Shown: one piece after another, positions 33,622-42,491 of the stretch
How positions within the stretch are numbered: position 1 is the stretch's first letter
Layout of the letters: the number at the start of each line of letters is the position of its first letter
From: an uncultured cyanobacterium
Lineage (GTDB): Bacteria; Cyanobacteriota; Cyanobacteriia; Cyanobacteriales; CAWCAG01
Assembly: GCA_963803805.1 (NCBI GenBank)
Contig: CAWDOD010000004.1
Span: 96,001 to 160,000, forward strand
DNA: 64,000 nucleotides
Direction of reading: 5' to 3'
Notes under the pieces: model-generated
What the model saw: only the letters and a program-made list of their open reading frames with translations
Told to the model about the DNA's origin: nothing
The model's database searches: none
Translations under genes and position numbers: made by a program

Positions 33622-34002
33622 ATGCCGAGAAGAAAGAAAAGATTTCCTTGCGGCCATCTAGGATACGGTCAAATTTGTCACCGATGCGCGCAAAAAAAGG
33701 CAAACCTGTTACAAAAGCAACAGGAAAAGCAGCAATGGGAAGAAACTTTTAGTCATGATCCTATTGATTTGAGAACTTTACCTCGTAATGTAGTCATTAA
33801 AGCTAGAAAAATAATAACTAGTTTGAAAACCAACAAAGATTATCGTGACTTTCGAGGTAAGCGCTTGCGTCATGATCGTTTTATTATTAGTATTCCTGTT
33901 ACTCGTAGCTATAGATTAATCTGCCGCGATTGTGGGAGTTTTCTTACCCCAGAAGCAGTAGTTTCCCATGAAGAATATAATGTGCGAAAACCAGGAGGTT
34001 AG
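33622..34002 (+). CDS. Zn-finger-containing conserved hypothetical protein, possibly RelE/ParE-like C-terminus
   Basis: FPCGH.GYGQICHRC; GKRLRHDRFIISIPVTRSYRLI...SHEEYN. Confidence 0.7.
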   Translation: MPRRKKRFPCGHLGYGQICHRCAQKKANLLQKQQEKQQWEETFSHDPIDLRTLPRNVVIKARKIITSLKTNKDYRDFRGKRLRHDRFIISIPVTRSYRLICRDCGSFLTPEAVVSHEEYNVRKPGG

Positions 34003-34102
34003 AAGGTTTTGCTAGCTAACTAATGGTTGACAGCTAATTGTTTACAAACCCTGTAGCCTTGTCTTTGCAATCAATTTTTGATACTTGACAGCTTATCCAT
34101 AG

Positions 34103-35068
34103 TTACCAATAACTGATAATCGATAACTGAAACTTTTGATGTTGCTGATAAATATAAACTTCATTATTGCTAAAATATTTAATGTAGATAATTTTCAGTA
34201 AAAAGCTCCAAGCTGATAGAGAAAAAATTGCTGGACTAGCAACTTTGATAGCAGTTATGAAACATCTCTCTTTCAAACTAGCAAAAGCCCAGTGTAAACA
34301 AAGATAATTCTTAATATCTTCTAAGTCTGGTAAATAGGGTCGGTATTTATTAGAAACACAAGCATAAATTCTACTTTTAATTAAAAAATTAGTTTCCCAC
34401 CGTTTAACTAAAGAAAATGCCCGGTTGTACGAGGCTTCCCAAAGAGTTCTATAAGCTAAATATTTATTAACTATCACTGCATCGCCATATTTAGCAATTT
34501 TGACCCAAGAATCAATATCGTCGCAATTGCCATCTAAATTAGAATCCCAACCCCCTGACTTAAAGAAAGCATTTCTTTGGAAAGCAACTTGCACTGGAGT
34601 GCCAAAAGGAAGCATTTCCATCAACATGGCATAATGAATATCTTCTTGTGGGACCCAAATATTCTCGTACTTTCCTTTAACAGGAGTGCGACTTATTTCC
34701 GTCTCTTCTTCATCCACCTGGACTGCTTGGCAAGAACAAATAACTGCTTTTGGATAGCCGGTAATCGCCTCTGCCATTTTCTCAATACAATCAGGGGCTA
34801 AATAATCATCATCATCTAAAAGTTTGATCCAATCTCCGGTAGCTACACTCACTCCAGCATTGACAGTTTGAGAGTGACCAAGGTTTTCTACGTTGTGATA
34901 ATAAACAACCTGGTTATTGAGGCTTTTAATATACTCTTTTGTGCCATCATCAGAACAATCATCCGCAACAACTACTTCACAAGGAACAGTTTGATTTAAA
35001 GCTGATTCTATAGCTCTTTTTAATAGAGATAAACGATTGTAGGTAGTGATGACAATACTAAACTTCAT
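34103..35068 (-). CDS. Glycosyltransferase family 2
   Basis: FSIVITTYNR, DDCSDDGT, LDDDD. Confidence 0.9.
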   Translation of the reverse strand: MKFSIVITTYNRLSLLKRAIESALNQTVPCEVVVADDCSDDGTKEYIKSLNNQVVYYHNVENLGHSQTVNAGVSVATGDWIKLLDDDDYLAPDCIEKMAEAITGYPKAVICSCQAVQVDEEETEISRTPVKGKYENIWVPQEDIHYAMLMEMLPFGTPVQVAFQRNAFFKSGGWDSNLDGNCDDIDSWVKIAKYGDAVIVNKYLAYRTLWEASYNRAFSLVKRWETNFLIKSRIYACVSNKYRPYLPDLEDIKNYLCLHWAFASLKERCFITAIKVASPAIFSLSAWSFLLKIIYIKYFSNNEVYIYQQHQKFQLSIISYW

Positions 35069-35197
35069 AAACCGCAAATTTCTTGTAAACACTTCGATTA
35101 TCTTAAATCTGTGTTCAAGATGGTGTTTGCGATCGCGTATAAGTTTTTAGTGAGGAATTTTGCAGCCCACAAGTACAAGAAATGCTACAGATAGATT

Positions 35198-36061
35198 TTA
35201 GGAAATATCAATTTGGGAACGAAATTCTGGTACACCTTTAATGCCCAAATTGAGATGAAAAACTGCCCCCGCCCCTTCTCCTTCTTCTGCTCGATTATCT
35301 CCCCCTGCTGTGGTAACGTACATATCTGTGTAATCTGGGCCACCAAAAGTTAAACAAGAAACTTTCTTTGCCGGAAACTTAATCTGTAATACTTCTTTCC
35401 CTTCAGGACTGTAGCGAAATAAATGTTCTCCATTCCAACGGGCTGACCAAAGATAACCTTGGGCATCTACTGTTAAGCCGTCTGGTACACCTTGATCTGG
35501 GGGAGTATTTATGTGAACTCTTTGATTACATAAAGTTCCTGTAACTTGTTCCCAATCCCACAAAGATATTTTTCCTTTTCCAGAATCAGTGTGGTAAATC
35601 TGTCGGCGGTTTGGGGTAAAACCCATACCATTAGAAAGTCCAATACCGTCAAGCACTTTGTTAATGCTGCCATCAAGATCAAGGCGATATAAACTAGCTA
35701 AATGTTGCTTTGTGGGCATCGTCCCGCATAAAACTCGTCCTGCTGGATCGGCGATCGCATCGTTAAAACGCCCTTCCCTTTCTTCTGGTAATTCTGCAAT
35801 TAAAGAAGTGATTTTACCCTCTTGCCAGCGTTCAATTGCCCCACGGGCTTTAAATAAAAGTAGGGAACCATCTTTTTGTAAAGTAATAGCCCCAACGGAT
35901 TCCCCTTGGTAAATTTGTTCGCTTTCCTGGGTTTTAGGGTTGTAGCGAAACATCTTTCCTTGGGGAATATCACTCCAATAAAGACATTGTTCGTCAGGAT
36001 GCCAAAGAGGGACTTCGGCATTATGACATTGGTGATCGGCAATTATTTTCGGTTGATTCAT
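35198..36061 (-). CDS. SMP-30/gluconolactonase family protein
   Basis: RFNDA.ADPAGR, SNGMGF, PDGLTVD, FGGPD. Confidence 0.9.
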   Translation of the reverse strand: MNQPKIIADHQCHNAEVPLWHPDEQCLYWSDIPQGKMFRYNPKTQESEQIYQGESVGAITLQKDGSLLLFKARGAIERWQEGKITSLIAELPEEREGRFNDAIADPAGRVLCGTMPTKQHLASLYRLDLDGSINKVLDGIGLSNGMGFTPNRRQIYHTDSGKGKISLWDWEQVTGTLCNQRVHINTPPDQGVPDGLTVDAQGYLWSARWNGEHLFRYSPEGKEVLQIKFPAKKVSCLTFGGPDYTDMYVTTAGGDNRAEEGEGAGAVFHLNLGIKGVPEFRSQIDIS

Positions 36062-37029
36062 TGACTCATGGCTAACATTCTCTCAATGGGTTTTCTGGCT
36101 GCAACGATAGTATCTTCTGGTAAAACAATTTCAGGCTGACGATTTTTCATAGCCAAATAAAGTTTCTCCAAAGTATTGAGACGCATATGAGGACATTCAT
36201 TGCAAGCACAATTACTGGTAGAAGGGGCAGGAATAAAATTTTTCTGGGGTGCTTCTTTCTGCATTTGATGAATAATACCCGACTCAGTAGCCACTATAAA
36301 CTCTTGAGAACTACTTTGTTGGCAATATTTTAACAGAGCAGTGGTTGAACCGATGTAATTGGCATGACGTAATACAGGGGGTTCACATTCTGGATGGGCA
36401 ATAATTTCTGCTTCTGGATGAGAAATCTTCAGTTGCACAATTCTCTTTTCTGAGAAGGTTTCGTGAACAATACAACTACCTTGCCACAAAACTAGATCCC
36501 GCCCGGTTTTTTCCATCACGTAACGTCCTAAATTACGGTCAGGGGCAAAGATAATTGGCTGTTCTGGAGGAATTTCTGCCACAATCTGTACCGCATTGGA
36601 ACTAGTACAGATAATATCACTCATGGCTTTGATTTGGGCAGTGCAGTTAATGTAAGACACAACTAAATGGTCAGGATGTAATGCTTTAAAAGCAGCAAAT
36701 TCTTGGGGAGGACAGCTATCTGCTAAAGAACAACCCGCCTCTAAATCTGGCAAGAGGACAAGTTTATCCGGATTGAGAATCTTTGCTGTCTCTGCCATAA
36801 AATGAACTCCAGCAAAAACAATCACCTCCGCATTTGTAGCCGCCGCTTGGCGAGAAAGCCCTAAAGAGTCGCCAATATAATCAGCGATATCCTGAATATC
36901 TGGATCTTGATAATAATGTGCTAAAACTACAGCGTTCAATTCTCGCTTCAAGTCTTCAATAGCTGCAAATAAGTCATTAGGTAAGGAATGAAGATTTTTG
37001 TTTGGTGAAGATAAGGTTGTCGCAAACAT
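36058..37029 (-). CDS. nadA: Quinolinate synthase
   Basis: [31 protein letters not shown]. Confidence 0.96.
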   Translation of the reverse strand: MFATTLSSPNKNLHSLPNDLFAAIEDLKRELNAVVLAHYYQDPDIQDIADYIGDSLGLSRQAAATNAEVIVFAGVHFMAETAKILNPDKLVLLPDLEAGCSLADSCPPQEFAAFKALHPDHLVVSYINCTAQIKAMSDIICTSSNAVQIVAEIPPEQPIIFAPDRNLGRYVMEKTGRDLVLWQGSCIVHETFSEKRIVQLKISHPEAEIIAHPECEPPVLRHANYIGSTTALLKYCQQSSSQEFIVATESGIIHQMQKEAPQKNFIPAPSTSNCACNECPHMRLNTLEKLYLAMKNRQPEIVLPEDTIVAARKPIERMLAMSQ

Positions 37030-37150
37030 AAAATTTGATGTCACCCAAAATTACGAATATGGAGAACTTTACTAATTATAGTAGAAGTCACCAAATATTA
37101 TAGTTGGATTCACCAAAATTGCTAATTGCTAACAGTGACAAGCACTCTAT

Positions 37151-37229
37151 GTAAGGGAGGGTTGATTTAGATTTCAGGTGATAGCATAGATTTAGCAGAA
37201 CCAGCCCCTATAATAAATTTTGAATTTTT
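37151..37229 (+). repeat. REP-like dispersed repeat, copy 1
   Basis: gtaaggg...agatttagcagaaccagcccctataataaattttgaatttt matches 52604-52680. Confidence 0.65.
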
Positions 37230-38180
37230 AATTGTTGATAATCTCCAACTCTGAACAACTTCCCTTAATTGAGGAGATAACCAATCATCGTATTGAGGAT
37301 AAATAGGCAAACGCGGCACAAGTTGCCAGCCTTTTGATTCAATGTTTTTGGCAAGGCATTGAGGAGTAGGATGGGGATAACTGGGGTTCACTTCATCCCT
37401 TGGTCCGATTCCTCCTAAATCTCTTGCCCCAGCTTCAAGACACTTATTTAAAAAGCTAGGTTCATCTATTAAATTAGGGGGAATTTGAATCGTAATACTA
37501 GGAGGAAGAATGGCACGGGCTGTAGCAATAACTTCTGGTAATTGGTAAGGAGCAAAAGCTGGTGCAGCAAAACTCTGTTGTTGACCAGGACTATGGGGTT
37601 GTAGAATAACTTCCTGAATGTGACCGTAGCGTTGTTGCATAAGGGCGATCGCCTCCAAAGTTTCTTGCCAATCTTCTGGAGTTTCACCAATTCCTAACAA
37701 CATACCTGTAGTGAAAGGAATCTTTAACTTGCCTGCTAACTCTAATTGTTCGAGACGCAACCTTGGTTCTTTACTGGGTGCGTGAAGATGTACAGTTTTA
37801 GTTAATTTGGGAGTTAACTGTTCCAACATCAAACCCAAAGAAACATTAACTTCTCTCATTTTTGCCATCTCCTCTTCTTTTAATGGCCCAACATTACTAT
37901 GGGGGAGAAAGCCAAGAGAAAGAGCTAACTGACAAAGATTATAAATTCTCTGCAACCAAGCTTCTCTCCTCGAAGAATGGGGATGTACTTCCCCACTTAA
38001 AATCAGAATCTCGCAAATTCCCTGATTGGCAAGACTTTCTAGCTTCTCTTTGGCTTCAGACAAACTCAACCACTGACTTTCTCCAGGATCTTGGCGGAAG
38101 TTGCAATAACTACAGCGATTAAAGCACTCGTAGGTAGGAACGATTGTATAGGCAGGAGAATAGGTTATTTTGAAGCTCAT
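37167..38180 (-). CDS. cofG: FO synthase subunit CofG (radical SAM)
   Basis: ITYSPAYT.VPTYECFNRCSYCNF, IPFTTG.LLGIGE, GHIQEVILQ, IQIPPNL. Confidence 0.92.
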   Translation of the reverse strand: MSFKITYSPAYTIVPTYECFNRCSYCNFRQDPGESQWLSLSEAKEKLESLANQGICEILILSGEVHPHSSRREAWLQRIYNLCQLALSLGFLPHSNVGPLKEEEMAKMREVNVSLGLMLEQLTPKLTKTVHLHAPSKEPRLRLEQLELAGKLKIPFTTGMLLGIGETPEDWQETLEAIALMQQRYGHIQEVILQPHSPGQQQSFAAPAFAPYQLPEVIATARAILPPSITIQIPPNLIDEPSFLNKCLEAGARDLGGIGPRDEVNPSYPHPTPQCLAKNIESKGWQLVPRLPIYPQYDDWLSPQLREVVQSWRLSTIKNSKFIIGAGSAKSMLSPEI

Positions 38181-38225
38181 AAGCTCAACTAATAATTTAC
38201 TTAAGAGAACTTTATTTAAAATTCC

Positions 38226-38254
38226 TTTACATTGTGTAACAAAGTCGCTAATAT
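38226..38254 (+). promoter_or_regulatory. Probable psbA sigma70-type promoter
   Basis: TTTACA-17 bp-TAATAT about 100 bp upstream of psbA. Confidence 0.65.
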
Positions 38255-38351
38255 TAGTTCATAAGCAAGTCAAACAAACTTTAAAGCTTAAAAACCTGAA
38301 AAGTTAATGAAACTTCGCTTACATACATTTTTTCACGCAATTATCTGAACC

Positions 38352-39434
38352 ATGACAACTACATTACAACGTAGCCAAAGCGCAAGCTCTTGGGAGCGTT
38401 TCTGCAGTTGGATCACCAGCACCGAAAACCGCCTCTATGTAGGTTGGTTTGGAGTCATCATGATCCCAACTCTATTAACCGCCACCATTTGCTTCTTAAT
38501 CGCCTTCGTAGCAGCACCTCCAGTTGACATCGACGGTATCCGCGAACCAGTAGCAGGTTCGTTATTATATGGAAACAACATCATCTCTGGTGCTGTTGTA
38601 CCTTCATCTAACGCCATCGGCTTACACTTCTACCCAATTTGGGAAGCAGCTTCACTAGATGAGTGGTTGTACAACGGTGGACCCTACCAATTGGTAATCT
38701 TCCACTTCCTCATCGGCGTATTCTGCTACATGGGACGTGAGTGGGAACTATCCTACCGTTTAGGAATGCGTCCTTGGATTTGTGTAGCTTACTCTGCTCC
38801 AGTAGCAGCAGCAAGTGCAGTATTCCTAATCTACCCATTAGGACAAGGAAGTTTCTCTGATGGAATGCCTCTAGGTATCTCTGGAACCTTCAACTTCATG
38901 TTTGTCTTCCAAGCTGAGCATAACATCTTAATGCACCCCTTCCATATGTTGGGAGTAGCCGGTGTATTTGGTGGAGCGTTATTCAGTGCCATGCACGGCA
39001 GCTTAGTAACATCTAGCTTAGTAAGAGAAACAACCGAAACCGAATCACAAAACTACGGTTACAAATTCGGACAAGAAGAAGAAACCTACAACATCGTTGC
39101 AGCACACGGTTATTTTGGTCGTCTCATCTTCCAATATGCCTCCTTCAACAACAGCCGTAGCCTCCACTTCTTACTCGGAGCATGGCCAGTAGTAGGAATC
39201 TGGTTCACCGCTTTAGGTATCTCTACCATGGCGTTTAACCTCAACGGATTCAACTTTAACCAGTCAATCCTAGATTCCCAAGGTCGTGTAGTCAACACCT
39301 GGGCTGACGTATTAAACCGCGCAAACTTAGGCTTTGAAGTAATGCACGAGCGTAATGCTCACAACTTCCCCTTAGACCTAGCAGCAGGCACCTCTGCACC
39401 AGTAGCACTCACTGCCCCAGCTATCAACGGTTAA
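38352..39434 (+). CDS. psbA: Photosystem II D1 protein (standard form, Q130)
   Basis: 360 aa with Mn-cluster ligands retained ([23 protein letters not shown]); GGPYQL. Confidence 0.99.
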   Translation: MTTTLQRSQSASSWERFCSWITSTENRLYVGWFGVIMIPTLLTATICFLIAFVAAPPVDIDGIREPVAGSLLYGNNIISGAVVPSSNAIGLHFYPIWEAASLDEWLYNGGPYQLVIFHFLIGVFCYMGREWELSYRLGMRPWICVAYSAPVAAASAVFLIYPLGQGSFSDGMPLGISGTFNFMFVFQAEHNILMHPFHMLGVAGVFGGALFSAMHGSLVTSSLVRETTETESQNYGYKFGQEEETYNIVAAHGYFGRLIFQYASFNNSRSLHFLLGAWPVVGIWFTALGISTMAFNLNGFNFNQSILDSQGRVVNTWADVLNRANLGFEVMHERNAHNFPLDLAAGTSAPVALTAPAING

Positions 39435-39464
39435 GTTGCTTGCAACACAATTGAATAGTTAAAT

Positions 39465-39500
39465 AAAAAAGCGTCCTCCATCTACGGAGGGCGCTTTTTT
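39465..39500 (+). terminator. psbA intrinsic terminator
   Basis: A6-GCGTCCTCC-loop-GGAGGGCGC-T6. Confidence 0.9.
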
Positions 39501-39709
39501 AGCTTATTCTTATTATTCTTACTTTTGCCTAACAGCCTATAAATTATTTATTTCTTGAGATATAGCAATTATGAGGAACAAGTTTGAATACAGCCCATAG
39601 TTATAATCTTTTTGATTCTTTCACTCTCCTTTGAGGCAGAAGTTAAAATATCAATTTTCTAACACAATTTAAAAAGTATAAAGCTACAAAATAGATATTC
39701 AAGCTACTC

Positions 39710-40582
39710 ATGAAAATAAAAACACTACTCAAATTTATTCCAGCCACGTTAGCTTGTTTCCTAGTCTTATCACCTCAACCTCTCAAAGCTCAACCACAAA
39801 TAGAAGTCCCCGCACCGCTTCCGGACTCTGCTATTCCAGGAGAATCAGCTTATGCTCAATATATGAGATTGGGCTACGCCGCTTCTCAAAGAGGCGACTT
39901 TCAAACTGCTGCTAGTTATTTTCGTAGCGCCCTTTACGAACGTCCTCAAGATAGGGAAGCGACTATTGCTTATTGGAATGCTAAGGATGCCCTGCAAAAG
40001 ACTCCTAATGAGGGTGAAACTGCCTATGACCGCTACATGGAAGTCGGTTACGATGCAACTGAACAAGAAGACTATCAAACCGCTTTAATTAACTTCCAAA
40101 GAGCCTTAGAAGAAAGACCGGGAGATTATTACGCTACTCAAGCTGTTCGTAATGTTAAAACCTATATTGCGCGTGGTCAAGACCCGTCTTCCCCAGAAGA
40201 TGTTACATCCGAACCAACAGTTTATCCAGGAGAGTTACCCTATGATCGCTATATGAGACTAGGGTATGCAGCCGAACAGAGGGGAGATTATCAAGCAGCA
40301 ATTCGACATTTCCGCAGTGCCTTATACGAACGTCCTCAAGACCGACAGGCAACAAATGCTTACTGGAATGCTAAGGATGCTTATCAAAATAAAGAGAGCA
40401 ATAGTACCGAGGTAGAAAGTGATTATGACCGCTATATGCGTATTGGTTATGATGCGACGGAACGAGGAAACTATCAAACTGCGTTAATAAATTTCCGAAG
40501 AGCATTAGAAGTACGTCCAGGAGATACCTACGCAACTCAAGCTATTCGCAATGTCACAACCTACATCAATCGTGGCAATTAG
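39710..40582 (+). CDS. Exported TPR-repeat protein with internal duplication
   Basis: Signal peptide followed by four Y.(R/Q)YM..GY.A...DY..A...F..AL..RP.D modules. Confidence 0.8.
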   Translation: MKIKTLLKFIPATLACFLVLSPQPLKAQPQIEVPAPLPDSAIPGESAYAQYMRLGYAASQRGDFQTAASYFRSALYERPQDREATIAYWNAKDALQKTPNEGETAYDRYMEVGYDATEQEDYQTALINFQRALEERPGDYYATQAVRNVKTYIARGQDPSSPEDVTSEPTVYPGELPYDRYMRLGYAAEQRGDYQAAIRHFRSALYERPQDRQATNAYWNAKDAYQNKESNSTEVESDYDRYMRIGYDATERGNYQTALINFRRALEVRPGDTYATQAIRNVTTYINRGN

Positions 40583-40708
40583 TAATTGAGCAATAATGAA
40601 GCTGTTAGGTATGAAGAATTGTTACTGGGGCAGTGTGGCAAGGGGCAGAAAAGAGTGTACAGCTTATTTTAGCTAATTCAATATATCGTTTAAATGGGCA
40701 ACAGTTTA

Positions 40709-41333
40709 CTACTTTCTATTCCTACGTGCTTTAGATGCCAAAGTACCTACTGTAACTATCCCCAGGAAGATAGAATGTTCTGGAACTTCCTGGGGGTTTG
40801 GCGGCTGATTCTATAGGAGTCGGTTGCTCAAAAGCTATAGTCCCACCATCAAAAAATTCAAAGTTTTCATTAAAGTAGGTAAAGTCTCTTTCTCCATCAA
40901 AAGGATTGACGAAAATATCAAAACCTAATATGCCATCAGGAAGAGGGTTATTAGAAGGCACACCAAAATCGTTATCAACAATATACTGCAACCCAATCAA
41001 TTTTCCGTCTAAAAAGTCTAGGCGAAGAGCATTGTTTTCTCCTGTACGCCCTCCAGCATTATCAAATTCATCAAAATCATAACCTGTGCCGAAATTAAAA
41101 TTCACCTGGATTTCTTCAGAACCCCTTAAGGTTTCAGAACCTACTCCAGTCAAGAGATTATCATCAAAGGTGAAATCTCCAAGAAAAGTTTGATTATTAA
41201 AAGGACCTTGGTTAGCGGTAACTTTGAAATCAAATGATTGGGTGAGCGCTAATGCTGAGTCAACTTCTATTGTTGTACTAAGCAAAAGAGCCGCAGCGCT
41301 GAGAACAAACTTTTTTGAGAGGGGATTCAGCAT
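40709..41333 (-). CDS. PEP-CTERM surface protein, +1 frameshift near 40792-40796
   Basis: Signal peptide; the shifted frame ends QEVPEHSIFLGIVTVGTLASKARRNRK**. Confidence 0.78.
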
Positions 41334-41908
41334 TTAGTATTACCTTGAGTTGATCATTTTTAAAGTTCTCAATGTTATTTAGGCATAAGATAAATCATGC
41401 CAAGGCTTATCACAGTTATAATTGGTCTTTGGTTAAGACCACTTTACCTATTGCTATTGTTAAATTGCTATAGCTTTTCTATATCTTCATTGAATCTTTA
41501 TTCGTTCTAATTGTTTCCCTAAGACAAGTGACGAATTTGCTTCTATATTTTAGCTTTCTACGTGTTATAACGCAATAGTTGCTTTTGCGGGAGCTATCTT
41601 GAGAAGAATATCAAGGATATATACATACAATCTATTTATCTAAAAAAGTAGTATCTAGTTGACAAAACTTACTTTTTCCTCGGATCAAGAAACAGACTCC
41701 AGTATTTTTGCTACAAACACTTAGTAGAAACGGTAAGTAATTGATAAAAATAAGTTGGATTTTTTAATTAAAGAAACAGCTAGTTATTCTTTGAGAAAAT
41801 AAATTTAGATTTGTTAAATCTAGCTCAGTTACTACTAATTATTGCTTTGAGTAATTATCATTGTTCGTAGTTTATTCAATAGCAGCTTAAGGGAGGAAAG
41901 TACCACCT

Positions 41909-42448
41909 ATGTCTGAACCATTTCTAGGTGAAATTAAAATGATTGCCTTTGATTTTGCACCTCAAGGATTTGCTTTTTGTTACGGTCAGGTACTAAGCAT
42001 TAGTCAGAATCAATCTCTTTTCAATCTCATTGGAGATGCTTATGGTGGAAACGGCACTAGTACTTTTGCTTTACCTGACTTGAGGGGGAGAGTACCTATT
42101 AATGCGGGGCAAGGGCCTGGTTTAAGCAATAGAGTTTTAGGTCAATCAGGAGGTAGTGAGACAGTTACTTTAACTGAGAGTCAGATTCCCTCTCATAATC
42201 ATGATCTAAACGCAGATTTAAACGCGACTAGTAGTAGTGCAAATACTAGCGATCCCGCAGGGAAATTATTAGGAAAGTCTAACCGACCTACTTACCTTTC
42301 AGGAACTGCTGATGTTAAACTTGACTCTGATTCTGTTAGCGGCTCTACAACTAGTGTAGGAGGCAGTCAGGCACATAATAATGTCCAGCCCTTTCTTAGT
42401 ATTAATTTTGTGATTGCTTTGACCGGTGTATTCCCTTCACAGAATTAA
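41909..42448 (+). CDS. Phage tail-collar domain protein (MdpB-like)
   Basis: PFLGEI.M.AFDFAP.G, TFALPDLRGR, H.N.QP.L..NF.IAL.G.FP; preceded by GGAGG. Confidence 0.88.
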   Translation: MSEPFLGEIKMIAFDFAPQGFAFCYGQVLSISQNQSLFNLIGDAYGGNGTSTFALPDLRGRVPINAGQGPGLSNRVLGQSGGSETVTLTESQIPSHNHDLNADLNATSSSANTSDPAGKLLGKSNRPTYLSGTADVKLDSDSVSGSTTSVGGSQAHNNVQPFLSINFVIALTGVFPSQN

Positions 42449-42491
42449 TACTGTGAAAATGTAATAGGAGTGTTCAAGGGAGGAAAAGGGA

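Noticed and set aside
38352..39434. Atypical D1 (rogue D1 or ChlF)
   Set aside because: Mn-cluster ligands and the processing site are intact; it is a standard D1.
40599..40708. MITE-like AAGCTGTT...TTTAAATGGGCAACAGTTTA segment, with a similar end near 11311-11330
   Set aside because: Ends are too degenerate to call without a genome-wide search.
41909..42448. Prophage
   Set aside because: No integrase, capsid, terminase or other phage genes in the window.
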